From IMG/VR virus record IMGVR_UViG_3300032299_001203, positions 32,001 to 96,000 of that record: a stretch of DNA of 64,000 nucleotides; one strand, written 5' to 3'. How positions within the stretch are numbered: position 1 is the stretch's first letter; each line of letters opens with the position of its first letter. This DNA comes from a virus. The notes beneath the pieces are model-generated. The model was not told where the DNA came from. It worked only from the letters and a program-made list of their open reading frames with translations, and did not search any database. The translations under genes and the position numbers were made by a program. This document shows positions 12,862 through 23,832 of the stretch, piece after piece.

Positions 12862-14274
12862 ATGGCAAATTTTACAGCAAACTCATCTCAACTCATATAC
12901 GGTAGTAAAATATATGAGGTACTACAATATTATTATGCTCCTGCAACCACTTCTAATGCCACAAACACATTACAGAATTCTTTGTATGCGTTTATTGGCC
13001 AAGTGGATCCATGGCCAGATGAAGAAGAACCACCCACACCAACACAAGATCAATATTCTTTAAAACAAGTATTCAAAAATATTATTGCTGCCAAAAAGGT
13101 AACATCATCTGATATTTCTCCGGTAATACCAAGGCGAGATTGGAAAACTGGTGTAATATATAATCAGTATTCTGATACAGAAGATATGTTTACGGTTGAT
13201 GCCAATGGTATACTAACAAAAAATTTCTATGTACGAAATCGTTTCGATCAGGTGTTCAAATGTTTAGGAAATGCTAATGGATCACAATCAACTATTGAAC
13301 CTGAGTTTTTACCTGGTACATTTGATAAGTCATTCTTGGTAAAAACAGCAGATGGTTATAAGTGGAAATTTTTATATACAATCAACATTGGCCAAAAACA
13401 AAAATTCTTAGATACAAATTGGATGCCTGTGGTTGGTATTGGCCAAAACATTCCAAATCCGGTTGAAACTTTTGCTGCGCAAGGTGATATTCAGGTTATT
13501 AATGTTACAAACACCGGCCGTGGTTACTTTTCTGGTGGTGTAAAAATTACCATTAATGGTGATGGTCAATTTGCAAATGCTACGGCTAGTGTTAACGCAT
13601 CCGGCTTTATTACAGACATTGTTATGGCAAATACCGGCCAAGGATATACTTATGCCGAAACAATAATAACAACGGAGGCAGGTTATCCGACCCCCAATGT
13701 AGTAGCTACTGCGAGTAGTCCTGTATCGCCTGTAGGAGGTCACGGATTCGATCCTATATCAGAATTAGGATGTAGTCACGCTATGATGGCTTTAGAATTT
13801 ACTGGCAGTGAAGGTGGATTAATACCAACCGATATCACTTACAGGCAATTAGGTCTGGTGTTGGATCCATATTCAAAAAGCAACTTAGGTAAACTCATAC
13901 CATATGCAACCGAAACTGTATATGATGTAACGACAAGTATTTTGGTTTCTTCCGGATTAGGTTCGTATGTTAGTGGCCAAGTGGTTTATCAAGGACCATC
14001 TTTGGCAAGAGCAACTTTTAAAGCAAAAATTGTTAGTTTTGATCCAACAACCAATATATTAAAGGTCATAAATATAACAGGAACACCAACTGCAAATGAA
14101 GTTCTTGTACAAGACAGTTTATTATCAGGTCAGGCTATTATTAGAACGTTATTACAGGTGACCGATCCTGATTTTATCATCTATTCTGGATATATCACTT
14201 ATATAGAAAATAGAACAGGAGTTGAACGTAGCGGAGATGCTACTGAACAATTTCGTGTTGTGTTAAGATTTTAA
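12862..14274 (+). CDS. gp8: Baseplate wedge subunit gp8
   Basis: LYAFIG..DPW.DE..PP.P, VIPRRDW, VFKCL.N, TADGYKWKFLYTI, YRQLGLV.DP, SGYITYIENR...R....TEQFRVVLRF. Confidence 0.92.
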   Translation: MANFTANSSQLIYGSKIYEVLQYYYAPATTSNATNTLQNSLYAFIGQVDPWPDEEEPPTPTQDQYSLKQVFKNIIAAKKVTSSDISPVIPRRDWKTGVIYNQYSDTEDMFTVDANGILTKNFYVRNRFDQVFKCLGNANGSQSTIEPEFLPGTFDKSFLVKTADGYKWKFLYTINIGQKQKFLDTNWMPVVGIGQNIPNPVETFAAQGDIQVINVTNTGRGYFSGGVKITINGDGQFANATASVNASGFITDIVMANTGQGYTYAETIITTEAGYPTPNVVATASSPVSPVGGHGFDPISELGCSHAMMALEFTGSEGGLIPTDITYRQLGLVLDPYSKSNLGKLIPYATETVYDVTTSILVSSGLGSYVSGQVVYQGPSLARATFKAKIVSFDPTTNILKVINITGTPTANEVLVQDSLLSGQAIIRTLLQVTDPDFIIYSGYITYIENRTGVERSGDATEQFRVVLRF

Positions 14275-14286
14275 TGGAAAGAAAAA

Positions 14287-17200
14287 ATGGCACTTAATTT
14301 TAATGTAGAACCGTACTATGATGATTTCGATGTAACTAAAAACTACCATCGAATTCTTTTTAAGCCAGGGTATTCTGTTCAGGCTCGTGAATTAACACAA
14401 TCTCAAACCATCTTACAAAATCAAATCACAAGTTTTGCTGATGCAATTTTTGCTCAGAACACTCCCGTTTCTGGTGGTAAAGTAACAGTCAATCAAAATG
14501 TTCATTTTCTAAAGTTAAATGCAATCACACCATCTGGATTAACCACAATTGCGGCATCGTTTGAAAACGGAACAATTTATAGCCAAGATGGTTCGATTGT
14601 TGCAAAGGTAGTTGCTTTCGCAGAAGCCACATCAACTTCTATTGGAGTTGACGGTGATCCACCAACATTAATGGTAACATACATTACTGGCAATAAATTT
14701 AATAGTGGTGACACCATCTATTTAAATGGATCAAACTATATTGCAACTGTTATTACTTCATCTGTTGGTAATGAAGCTACAGGAAAAGGATCCATTGCTT
14801 CTATATCGAGAGGTATTTTTTATGTTAAAGGTAATTTTGTAACTGCTTCTGAAGATACGGTTATTCTTTCCAAATACAACGAAAATCCTTCTTTAAGAGT
14901 AGGTTTAAATGCAACAGAAACAATTATAGATTCCAATGATGACACCACTTTGTTGGATCCAGCATTAGGTGCTACAAACTACCAAGCTCCTGGAGCCGAC
15001 CGATATTTAATTAGTTTATCGTTAGAAACTCGGCCATTAACATTAGGTGACGATGACAATTTTATTGAATTGGTTCGTCTTGCTGAAGGTAGCATACAAA
15101 AACAAGTTGATGGAACCGTATACTCTGTTATTGACGATTATTTTGCCAAAAGAACAAATGATACTAACGGTGATTTTATTGTTAATGATTATACTTTAAC
15201 CCCTAAAGCAAACACCATTAATTCCAGTAAATATGATATTGGAATTTCAAAAGGTGTTTCTTATGTTCGTGGTTATAGGTTAGAGAATCAAAGTCCTGTA
15301 TCATTAATAAACGACCGAGCAAGAACTCAAGATAGTGTATTGAATAATCCAACATTTATTGATTATGGAAATTACTTCTTTGTCAATTCATCTAATGGTG
15401 TGTTTGATGTAACTACTTTACCTCCTGTTGATTTTCACACAGTAGATAAAACAAGTATCTCTTTGACAAATGAAAATTCATACAACTCGACTAGAGCGGC
15501 CACAGGATATATTAGGAATATGATTTATTCCAGTACATCTAATACGGCAAATGGATCGGCTTACATTTACAAAGCGTATGTTTTTGGAATTCAAAACCAA
15601 ACCTTAACAGCTAATGTGGCCGCCGGTTCAGCAAATAATTCTTACATAACATTACCAAGCACAAATCAATTTTCAAATGTGGCAAATGCTTACTACAATG
15701 TAACTGTGAGTATTGACAAAGGTACTTCTGCTGGAGATTTTCGTGTAATTACTAGCTATGATGCCGCTAGCAAAATTGCTTACGTTGATAGACCTTTTAC
15801 GGTTGCACCAACCACTTCTTCTCAATTTACATTAAGGTTTGATGTAACTGATATAGAAACTATCATTAAAGCAACACCTGGAATATCATACAACATTACA
15901 GCAAATGCAACAATCGACACATCAAGCAAACAAACAAATGATGTTCTTGCTGATACTGTTCTTCAAAATCCAAATGCGCCTGAGTTATTGTTTAACTTAG
16001 GTAATCAATATGTAAGTTATGCAAACAACACTTCATACTTAACAACACAGGTGTTTAGAAACGTTGCGTTTGGTATTTCTGGTGGAAACATTGTTGCAAC
16101 ATTAACTTTTGGTTCTGCACCTGTTTCCACTCTTTCTTTCTTGGGATCAGGAACATTATCTGCCGATGCTGTTTCACAAAACTTTCAAATCATTGTAACA
16201 AATCCTGGTTCAAATGCAGGTTTAAGAGCTGGTCAAACACTTCCTTGGAACATTTTATCTAGAACGTGTTCGATTACTGGTGCAGGTTCTACGGCCACAT
16301 TTACAACACCATCTAGTGATTTAACATCATTTACAGCAACAATTATTGCAAAATCTTTTGTAAAAGCAGGTAATGATACGAGTTATATTATCAAAGCTAA
16401 AAATTTAGTAACAGGTAATACAACCGGTGTTAATCTTTCTGGAACAAATGTCAACAGTTACAGTTATGTTGACACAAATCAAGGTCAAGTGTATATTACT
16501 TGGCAAGGTTTGGTTAATCCAGGATCTCCACAAAAATTGTATATTACGGATGTAAAACGAATCGTAAAAATTATTGATACAAAATCTCAAGCAACATTCC
16601 CAACAGATGCAATGTTGTCCGATCCTTCTTATGATATTACCAATAGATTTACGTTTGATAATGGTCAAAGAGATTCTCATTATGATTTTGCCACAATTAC
16701 TTTAGGTGTAGGTCAGCCTGCAATTAAAGGTAACTTACTTGTGGTTCTAGATTACTATGCAACAACTGGTGGTGATGGTTATTATAGTGTGATGTCATAC
16801 TTGGCACCAATTTCTTCTTCGCCTGAAGATTATGCTGAAATTCCATCTTACACAAGTTCAACTGGTAACCCATACCAACTAAAAGATTGTTTGGATTTTA
16901 GGCCATCTCTGATTAATGCTCAACCTGATTTTACGATTAGAGCAAGTGCATCTGGATCAGGTGCCTTAGGTGCTTACATACCTGTTGACCTTTCAATATT
17001 TGAATCCAATTATGGTTATTACTTGAGTAGAAAAGATAAACTTGTTTTAACTAAAGATAGGTCTTTTGAAATTATTCAAGGCACTCCTTCATCCAATCCA
17101 ATTGCGCCTGGTGAACCAGATGGTGCACTCGTTATTGCAAATTTAACTCATGATCCATACACAGCTTATATTCCAGGTGAAGTAACAGGAGAATTACCAA

Positions 17201-20200
17201 ATCTTTCAATTGAAAGAGTAAAACATAAACGCTGGCAAATGAGAGATATCTCCGATTTGGAAAGCAGAGTTAATAATATTGAATACTATACGGCTCTAAA
17301 CACTTTGGAAAAAGGTGCTGCTTCATTACAAATTGCTGATGGTAATGGTTTAAACCGATTTAAAAATGGTATATTAGTAGATGATTTTTCTAGTTATGCT
17401 GCATCTGATATTTCTAATAATGATTATTTGGTTTCTATTAACCGCAGAACAAAACAAATGACAGCAGCGCAAGTGGTTAAAAATTTCCCATTACAATCAC
17501 TATCATTAGTATACAATATGGGTCAATTGGATTCCACTAGTGCAAATAATTTAGGTTATAAAATTACGACTGCTGGAAAATCTAATTTCTTTATGCTGGC
17601 CTATACAACAGCCAATGTTATTACTCAACAGATTGCTTCTCGTACAGTTAATTTAAATCCATTTGCTGTATCATTGAATTCAGGTATAATGGATTTAACT
17701 CCTCCAATGGACAATTGGGTTGATACCGAAAAAGCTCCTGATTTATTAATTGTTGATCCGAATCTACAAGTATATCGTGCAAGTGATCAGGTTAATGTTT
17801 TACAAGTAGGTGATTGGAAAACAACAGTAGCCACCACCACAGATAATGTAATTGCTGCCGGAAGAAACTGGAGAGTAAATCAGGTTACAACCTACACAGA
17901 GCAACAACAAAAAACTGTATTAGGTAACTATGATAAGTTGAGTTCCAGTTACCTCGAAACATCAGGATACATTACCGATGTCAGTATTTTACCATATATT
18001 CGCCAACAATTTTTACAATTTAATACTTATGGCATGTTGGTTAACACCGATGTAAGTGTATATTTTGATGGTGTTTTAGTTGACAAATATATTCGTAAAC
18101 CAAATATTATAGAATTAACAAACGTTAGTGGATCATTTGTTGATGGAGATGTTATTGGTTTATTTGCTGGTGGTAACTTTACACCTTATGCCAAAATTGT
18201 TTCTTATTATGTTAATCCACAAAACTCAAATGTTCGTTTGTATGTTGTAACTTTAGAAGGAATTACATTTAATTCTGGCGTAACACTTCAGAATGCCAAA
18301 TTTAATACATCTGGACAATATCAATCATCTACTGCTAGTGGTAGAATTGCTTCATATACTGGTGTATCTGGAAGATTAAGAAGTGCAAACTCAACAACAT
18401 CGATTCAGTTGTCTGTTGCGTCATCAAACACCGACATTTATACCGGTCAAACATTGTATGTTATTAGTGGTTCTGGTGCAGGACAATCTTCTGTAATTAG
18501 TGCATACAACACGACCACAAAAACAGCAACTTTAACAACGGGAGTTGGTGCAGCTGCAAATGACATCTACTCTATTGGAAAACTAACAACCAATGAAGTT
18601 GGTATGTTATCTGGTATTTTTGCTTTGCCTGGTGCTACTTTCAAAACAGGCCAAAGAACTTTCAGAGTAGATAATCGAATTGCTGGTAATATAGGTTCAG
18701 AAACAACATTCTCTGAAGCTACATTTCATGCTTCTGGTTTACAAACAACAAAACAAGGTGTAAATTATGCTTCTTCAATTGATTCAGCAAAAAATACATT
18801 TACACAAACACAAACCAAAACAAATGTAAGCAGTTACAATTACACAACTGTGTGGGATCCAGTAGCTCAAACATTTATTATCGATAAAGATAATTATCCA
18901 AACGGTTGTTTTTTAGATTCAATTAAAGTTTTCTTTGCCACCAAGCCTTCTACTGGATATGCACCTGTAACAATATCAATTGTAGGTACAGTCAATGGAT
19001 ATCCTGGTGGAGAAACTTTGGATCATTCACAAGTAACTTTAACAGCCGAACACATAAAAACATCCAATGATCCACACTATTTAAATCCTAATACATATAC
19101 AGTATTTAAATTCCCAACACCAGTTTATTTGGAACCAAATAAATTGTATGCATTTATATTAAAATGTCCTACATCTAACGAGTATACAATTTATACGGCA
19201 CAAAACGGTGATACAGCAATTTCTTCATCAGTTAAAAATTTGCCAACTGATCCTACACCAGCTACAACAACAAAAATTAACTCTGCGCCGTATGTTGGTT
19301 CATTATTTGTATCACAAAATTCTCAAACATGGACAGCAGATCAAAATGAATCTATGATGTTTGTTGTTGAAAGATGTGTGTTTGATGTTGGTTCACAACC
19401 ACAAATACAATTTGTTGTACCTAATAAATTACCTAATAGAAAAATTGTTGGTCAAGAAATAGAATATTATTTAAATGCAAATTCTATTTCAAATACAATA
19501 ACGTCTTTTGAAAACACAGATGTTTCTGTTGATGCCTTTAATATTTCAACAACAGATTTTATACCAGGTACAACTTCTTTGGGTTATCAATATGCATCAA
19601 CAGTAAAATCATCATATGCAGGTGCACCTACTGTAAGTGTAACTCCTGGTAAATTTGGTACACCAACTTATGATGACATTTATTTAAATGATGGTTTGGG
19701 ACAACGTGTATTGAATGCAAATTCAAATACATCATTCTCTCTATTTGCAACAATGACTTCTGTAAACGATGCCGTTTCTCCTGTAATTTCTGATGATGGA
19801 TTAAGTGTATATTCTATAACATGGAATATTAATAATCTTGGATTATCAAACAACATTATAACAATCGTTTCTGGTGGAACAGGATATAATGCACAAACAG
19901 TTTCCGTAACTGTAAACTCTACTGATGGATATGGTTCTGGTGCAACGGCTGTGGCTAATGTTGTTGGTGGTATTATTGATAGTGTACGCATTACTAATCC
20001 TGGTTCGGGTTACATAACCACTCCTACAATGACAATAACAGATGATAGCACTCGTTCTGGTAATGCAAATGCTTCCGTTATTCTTGCTGGTGAAACTTCT
20101 AAATCTGGTGGTAATGCGTTGGCCAGATACTTTACCAAGAAAGTTGTATTGAATCAAGGTTTTGATTCTGGTGATCTAAGAGTTTACTTTACTGCTTATC

Positions 20201-20532
20201 GTCCAGTCAATACAAATATATACGTATATTATAAAATACTTTCCAGAAACGATACACAAAAATTTGAAGAAGGTACATGGCAATTGATGACGTTAATTAA
20301 CAATAGTGATTCATTATATTCTCAAACACGAGATGACACATATGAATTTGTTGCTGCACCAGGAACATTGGGTAAATCACAAAATTATGTTTCATATACT
20401 AGTGACGTAACAAATCAAACTTACAACAACTTTAGCCAATTTGCTATTAAGGTTGTTCTATCAACATCAGATAACACTTTTGTTCCTTACCTTTCGGACA
20501 TTCGTGCTATCGCTCTACCATCGGCGGTTTAA
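14287..20532 (+). CDS. Large virion structural protein, DUF4815/VrlC-like
   Basis: FNVEPYYDDFD..KNYHRILFKPGYSVQARELTQSQTILQNQI, APGADRY, RFKNGILVDDF, DPVAQTF and C-terminal FAIKVVL...P.L.DIRAIAL; 2081 aa. Confidence 0.88.
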   Translation: MALNFNVEPYYDDFDVTKNYHRILFKPGYSVQARELTQSQTILQNQITSFADAIFAQNTPVSGGKVTVNQNVHFLKLNAITPSGLTTIAASFENGTIYSQDGSIVAKVVAFAEATSTSIGVDGDPPTLMVTYITGNKFNSGDTIYLNGSNYIATVITSSVGNEATGKGSIASISRGIFYVKGNFVTASEDTVILSKYNENPSLRVGLNATETIIDSNDDTTLLDPALGATNYQAPGADRYLISLSLETRPLTLGDDDNFIELVRLAEGSIQKQVDGTVYSVIDDYFAKRTNDTNGDFIVNDYTLTPKANTINSSKYDIGISKGVSYVRGYRLENQSPVSLINDRARTQDSVLNNPTFIDYGNYFFVNSSNGVFDVTTLPPVDFHTVDKTSISLTNENSYNSTRAATGYIRNMIYSSTSNTANGSAYIYKAYVFGIQNQTLTANVAAGSANNSYITLPSTNQFSNVANAYYNVTVSIDKGTSAGDFRVITSYDAASKIAYVDRPFTVAPTTSSQFTLRFDVTDIETIIKATPGISYNITANATIDTSSKQTNDVLADTVLQNPNAPELLFNLGNQYVSYANNTSYLTTQVFRNVAFGISGGNIVATLTFGSAPVSTLSFLGSGTLSADAVSQNFQIIVTNPGSNAGLRAGQTLPWNILSRTCSITGAGSTATFTTPSSDLTSFTATIIAKSFVKAGNDTSYIIKAKNLVTGNTTGVNLSGTNVNSYSYVDTNQGQVYITWQGLVNPGSPQKLYITDVKRIVKIIDTKSQATFPTDAMLSDPSYDITNRFTFDNGQRDSHYDFATITLGVGQPAIKGNLLVVLDYYATTGGDGYYSVMSYLAPISSSPEDYAEIPSYTSSTGNPYQLKDCLDFRPSLINAQPDFTIRASASGSGALGAYIPVDLSIFESNYGYYLSRKDKLVLTKDRSFEIIQGTPSSNPIAPGEPDGALVIANLTHDPYTAYIPGEVTGELPNLSIERVKHKRWQMRDISDLESRVNNIEYYTALNTLEKGAASLQIADGNGLNRFKNGILVDDFSSYAASDISNNDYLVSINRRTKQMTAAQVVKNFPLQSLSLVYNMGQLDSTSANNLGYKITTAGKSNFFMLAYTTANVITQQIASRTVNLNPFAVSLNSGIMDLTPPMDNWVDTEKAPDLLIVDPNLQVYRASDQVNVLQVGDWKTTVATTTDNVIAAGRNWRVNQVTTYTEQQQKTVLGNYDKLSSSYLETSGYITDVSILPYIRQQFLQFNTYGMLVNTDVSVYFDGVLVDKYIRKPNIIELTNVSGSFVDGDVIGLFAGGNFTPYAKIVSYYVNPQNSNVRLYVVTLEGITFNSGVTLQNAKFNTSGQYQSSTASGRIASYTGVSGRLRSANSTTSIQLSVASSNTDIYTGQTLYVISGSGAGQSSVISAYNTTTKTATLTTGVGAAANDIYSIGKLTTNEVGMLSGIFALPGATFKTGQRTFRVDNRIAGNIGSETTFSEATFHASGLQTTKQGVNYASSIDSAKNTFTQTQTKTNVSSYNYTTVWDPVAQTFIIDKDNYPNGCFLDSIKVFFATKPSTGYAPVTISIVGTVNGYPGGETLDHSQVTLTAEHIKTSNDPHYLNPNTYTVFKFPTPVYLEPNKLYAFILKCPTSNEYTIYTAQNGDTAISSSVKNLPTDPTPATTTKINSAPYVGSLFVSQNSQTWTADQNESMMFVVERCVFDVGSQPQIQFVVPNKLPNRKIVGQEIEYYLNANSISNTITSFENTDVSVDAFNISTTDFIPGTTSLGYQYASTVKSSYAGAPTVSVTPGKFGTPTYDDIYLNDGLGQRVLNANSNTSFSLFATMTSVNDAVSPVISDDGLSVYSITWNINNLGLSNNIITIVSGGTGYNAQTVSVTVNSTDGYGSGATAVANVVGGIIDSVRITNPGSGYITTPTMTITDDSTRSGNANASVILAGETSKSGGNALARYFTKKVVLNQGFDSGDLRVYFTAYRPVNTNIYVYYKILSRNDTQKFEEGTWQLMTLINNSDSLYSQTRDDTYEFVAAPGTLGKSQNYVSYTSDVTNQTYNNFSQFAIKVVLSTSDNTFVPYLSDIRAIALPSAV

Positions 20533-20533
20533 T

Positions 20534-20752
20534 ATGTTAGTTAAAGTAACTGGTACAACATTCGTAAGAGATACTAAAACAATGGCTCTAATCAATCAAG
20601 ATACAGCTGGTTTGGATGATTACAACTTTAAAAAACAATTAATGGGAAGCCAAAAAGAAGAAATAAATAAAATTAAAAATGAAATCAACGAAGTAAGAGA
20701 TGATATTAAAGTCATCAAAAATATGTTGATTCAGTTATCTTCCAGGAAATAA
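20534..20752 (+). CDS. Small conserved coiled-coil virion protein following VrlC
   Basis: Likely start is ATG 20534 (MLVKVTGTTFVRDTKTMALIN...), with a heptad C-terminus. The ORF-track start overlaps the previous gene and is unlikely. Confidence 0.8.
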   Translation: MLVKVTGTTFVRDTKTMALINQDTAGLDDYNFKKQLMGSQKEEINKIKNEINEVRDDIKVIKNMLIQLSSRK

Positions 20753-20754
20753 TA

Positions 20755-22956
20755 ATGGCTAATACCGTATCAGTTTTAAACTTTACAAATACCTTTGGTG
20801 ACCTTCTGGCTCAACAAAATATTATTGCAAAAGAATTAAACAATCTTGGTGCCAATAATTATACAAAAGATAGTGGAACATTATTTGTTAGTGGTATTGG
20901 TACAGGACTATCTGTAACAAACACAGCGGCTCTTGGTGCCGCAGTTGTTTCCACAACTTTATCCGTTGGTGGTGATTCAACTTTACTTGCAAACGTTTAT
21001 TTGGATGCTCCTGGTTTTACATTACAAGTTGCAAACAATGCAATTATACACAAACAAATAATTACTGATAATATTACAGCTAACACACTAGTAAGGTCAT
21101 CAACTCTTAATATTTCAGATGTTGCACGAGTTAACAATTTGACAAGCAACAACGTAGTTTTAACTCCAACATTAAACACCACAGGTTCTGCTTGGGTTAA
21201 TAATTTAAGAGCCAATTCTGGTGTATCGGCACCATTCATGATTGCTACAACAAGAGGTATTTTTGAGGACATTACTGCAAATAATCAAATTACCACAACA
21301 TTTTTAAATGTAACCACTAATGTCACATCGGACTTAAATGTAACCACCGATGTTCGTGGTAGAGATTTTTTTGGTAGAGTCGGAACATTTGATAGTTTTG
21401 TTGCTGGATCAATGACCGTAGCTGGAAATTTTGTAGTTAGTTCACCAACCATTTATTCTTCTAACACCTTTGTGTTAAATGCTAGTGCTGGTGCAGGTCA
21501 AACAAGCACATTAGGTGTTGATCGAGGTATTAGTGGTGCAAATGCTTCTTTTAGATGGAATGAATCATTAAGATATTGGGAAACACTTGACGTTCAAAAT
21601 GGTGAACACTTTAGAGTATTGACCAATATGCATTTAAGTAATTCAACGATGTTGAATAATTCTTTAAATGTGGCAACATCAGCAGCTGTGTTTGATTTAC
21701 AAGCACAAGTACGAGCAAATACAAATACATTTACATCAAATGTAAATTTTTTAACAACCACTCTGGCGGCCGCAAATCTTTATTCTCATACATCATTTGG
21801 TCGAGCCAATACATCAGCAAACGTATTTACGGGCACGGACGGTTTTTCTGCCAATGCCACCGACGGAAGAATGTCATTTGATAGTAATAATGGTGTTGTA
21901 ATTTCAGCAACAGGAAATACATTATTTGTAAATACTCCACAAGATTTAACCACCTTATCCAATCCAACATTTAACAGTATTTACAGTTTAGGTAATCCAC
22001 TTTCAGTAGAAAATGGTGGTATAGGTGCATCTGAAAAAGTTCAAGGTTTAATTAACTTATTACCATCTACTATTGATGTAGCAAACGGATCTATATTGGC
22101 CGCTAACGCCAACACAATATATTGGACAACTCGTGGACCATTTTTTGCCAATAACTTAACATTTACACCATTTGGTAGTATTACTCAGAATACTATTCAA
22201 TTGGCAGTACAAGACCTCGAAACAAGAAAAGCAACTATTGCTAGTCCGACATTGACAGGAACTCCTGCTGCACCAACTGCAACCACCAATACAAATACAA
22301 CACAAATTGCCACTACTGCTTTTGTTAATACATCAATTGATTCAGTATTAAATTCTACAACCACCAAAAATATTAGTATCAGCGGTAATGCCGGCACAGT
22401 TACAAATGGTGTATATACCAATCAATCGTATTCCGATCCATCATTTATTGCATCTTTGGCTTCAACGAAAGTAACAGGTTCAATACCTGGTTCTCAAATT
22501 AGTGGTGCCATATCAGGAACAGCCGCAGGCGTAACTGGATTTACAATTAATCAAAGTGTTGGTACCGGTGATAATACAAGATTTAATTCTCTTGGTGTTG
22601 GCACAGCCGCTTCTGGTACTGCAGGTGAAATTCGAGCAACTAATAACATCACTGCTTATTATTCAGACGACAGATTAAAAACACGTTTGGGTACCATTGA
22701 AAATGCTTTAGATAAATTGATGACTTTAAGTGGTTTTTATCACGAAGCCAATGAAACCGCTCAAAAATTAGGGTATACACCAATAAGAGAGGTTGGTCTT
22801 TCAGCTCAAGAAGTTCAAAGAATTATGCCCGAAGTAGTTGCACCAGCACCAATTGATGACAAATATTTAACTATTCGTTATGAAAGATTGATTCCTTTGT
22901 TGGTTGAAGCAATAAAAGAATTAAAAGCCGAAGTGGATTTGTTAAAATCCAAATAA
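20755..22956 (+). CDS. Tail fibre with C-terminal intramolecular chaperone (Peptidase S74-type)
   Basis: YYSDDRLK...IENALDKL..LSG..Y...VGLSAQEVQRIMPEVV...YERLIPLLVEAIKELK. The shaft motif SPTLTGTPAAPT...TTQIATTAFV is also present. Confidence 0.88.
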   Translation: MANTVSVLNFTNTFGDLLAQQNIIAKELNNLGANNYTKDSGTLFVSGIGTGLSVTNTAALGAAVVSTTLSVGGDSTLLANVYLDAPGFTLQVANNAIIHKQIITDNITANTLVRSSTLNISDVARVNNLTSNNVVLTPTLNTTGSAWVNNLRANSGVSAPFMIATTRGIFEDITANNQITTTFLNVTTNVTSDLNVTTDVRGRDFFGRVGTFDSFVAGSMTVAGNFVVSSPTIYSSNTFVLNASAGAGQTSTLGVDRGISGANASFRWNESLRYWETLDVQNGEHFRVLTNMHLSNSTMLNNSLNVATSAAVFDLQAQVRANTNTFTSNVNFLTTTLAAANLYSHTSFGRANTSANVFTGTDGFSANATDGRMSFDSNNGVVISATGNTLFVNTPQDLTTLSNPTFNSIYSLGNPLSVENGGIGASEKVQGLINLLPSTIDVANGSILAANANTIYWTTRGPFFANNLTFTPFGSITQNTIQLAVQDLETRKATIASPTLTGTPAAPTATTNTNTTQIATTAFVNTSIDSVLNSTTTKNISISGNAGTVTNGVYTNQSYSDPSFIASLASTKVTGSIPGSQISGAISGTAAGVTGFTINQSVGTGDNTRFNSLGVGTAASGTAGEIRATNNITAYYSDDRLKTRLGTIENALDKLMTLSGFYHEANETAQKLGYTPIREVGLSAQEVQRIMPEVVAPAPIDDKYLTIRYERLIPLLVEAIKELKAEVDLLKSK

Positions 22957-22963
22957 AATTAAA

Positions 22964-22971
22964 ACTAAATA
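22964..22971 (+). promoter_or_regulatory. Late promoter variant (ACTAAATA)
   Basis: Intergenic, followed by RBS agga and the start at 22987. Confidence 0.55.
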
Positions 22972-22986
22972 CCAATAGGATAAAGA

Positions 22987-23328
22987 ATGCCGGCCGGTTA
23001 CCAAGATTTATTTTTAGAACAAGGCACAACCTTTTCAACAACCATTACCTTAGATGATGTTGATGGTGTGGCTTATGATTTGACTGGCATGCAGGCCAAA
23101 GGACAAATAAGAAGGTCTTATTATTCTGCTAATGCCACAGCCACTTTTATTGTGTCGATTCCTAGCCCAACAGAAGGTGGTATTATTTTGAATCTGGCTG
23201 CAAATACGACAGCAAATATTGCAGCAGGTAGATATGTATATGATGTGGCAATTAAAGATTCATCTAACATAATCACTAGAGTTTTAGAAGGTACTGTTAG
23301 TGTTCTTCCACAAGTAACTAGGTTTTAA
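22987..23328 (+). CDS. Small beta-sandwich adaptor protein (fibre base)
   Basis: DLFLEQGTTF...DLTG...QIRRSYYS...AGRYVYDV...RVLEGTV.V.PQVTR, a conserved phage structural adaptor pattern. Confidence 0.7.
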   Translation: MPAGYQDLFLEQGTTFSTTITLDDVDGVAYDLTGMQAKGQIRRSYYSANATATFIVSIPSPTEGGIILNLAANTTANIAAGRYVYDVAIKDSSNIITRVLEGTVSVLPQVTRF

Positions 23329-23330
23329 AA

Positions 23331-23555
23331 ATGCCAGGACAAGTAATAGGCACAGTCAATGTGCAAGTTAATACTCAGAAAGCCAGTGCGGTCAGGTCGA
23401 TTACCTATGGTGCCAGAACATTAAAAAGTGCCACAGATTTATCAATGACTGGTGCAGAAGATGGAGAAGTTGTGGTTTATGATGGAGCTACAAATTCGTT
23501 TAAAGTGGCTCCTGTATCTGCCACAGCAACTAGTTTGGATGCCGGAGAGTTCTGA
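23331..23555 (+). CDS. Small fibre linker protein ending in LDAGEF
   Basis: 74 aa, tightly packed between its neighbours; its stop overlaps the next start (TGATG). Confidence 0.75.
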   Translation: MPGQVIGTVNVQVNTQKASAVRSITYGARTLKSATDLSMTGAEDGEVVVYDGATNSFKVAPVSATATSLDAGEF

Positions 23556-23791
23556 TGGCCAATACGACCATACAGATACTTCGTTCATATGCAAACACAA
23601 GGCCGTCAAATCTAGATGATGGTGAATTGGCGTACTCTTTTGTATCCAATACATTTTTTATTGGTGATAGAAATGGTAAAATAATTACGGTTGGTGGTTT
23701 AACCACTACGGAAAATGCAGCAAATACAGTAGTTCTTAGGGATGCAAATGGTAATATTAATGTTGCAACCATAGACGGTGGAAATTTCTAA
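23555..23791 (+). CDS. Minimal Mtd_N-like domain protein ending in IDGGNF
   Basis: IQILRS...PSNLDDGELAYSF.SNTFFIG; clear paralogue of the N-terminus of the next gene. Confidence 0.8.
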   Translation: MANTTIQILRSYANTRPSNLDDGELAYSFVSNTFFIGDRNGKIITVGGLTTTENAANTVVLRDANGNINVATIDGGNF

Positions 23792-23794
23792 ATA
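23787..23794 (+). promoter_or_regulatory. Late promoter variant (TCTAAATA)
   Basis: Overlaps the stop codon, ~40 bp before the start at 23833 (RBS aagga). Confidence 0.5.
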
Positions 23795-23832
23795 GTAGTA
23801 GTGGACAACTAGCCTAATAATAAGGAAAAAAA

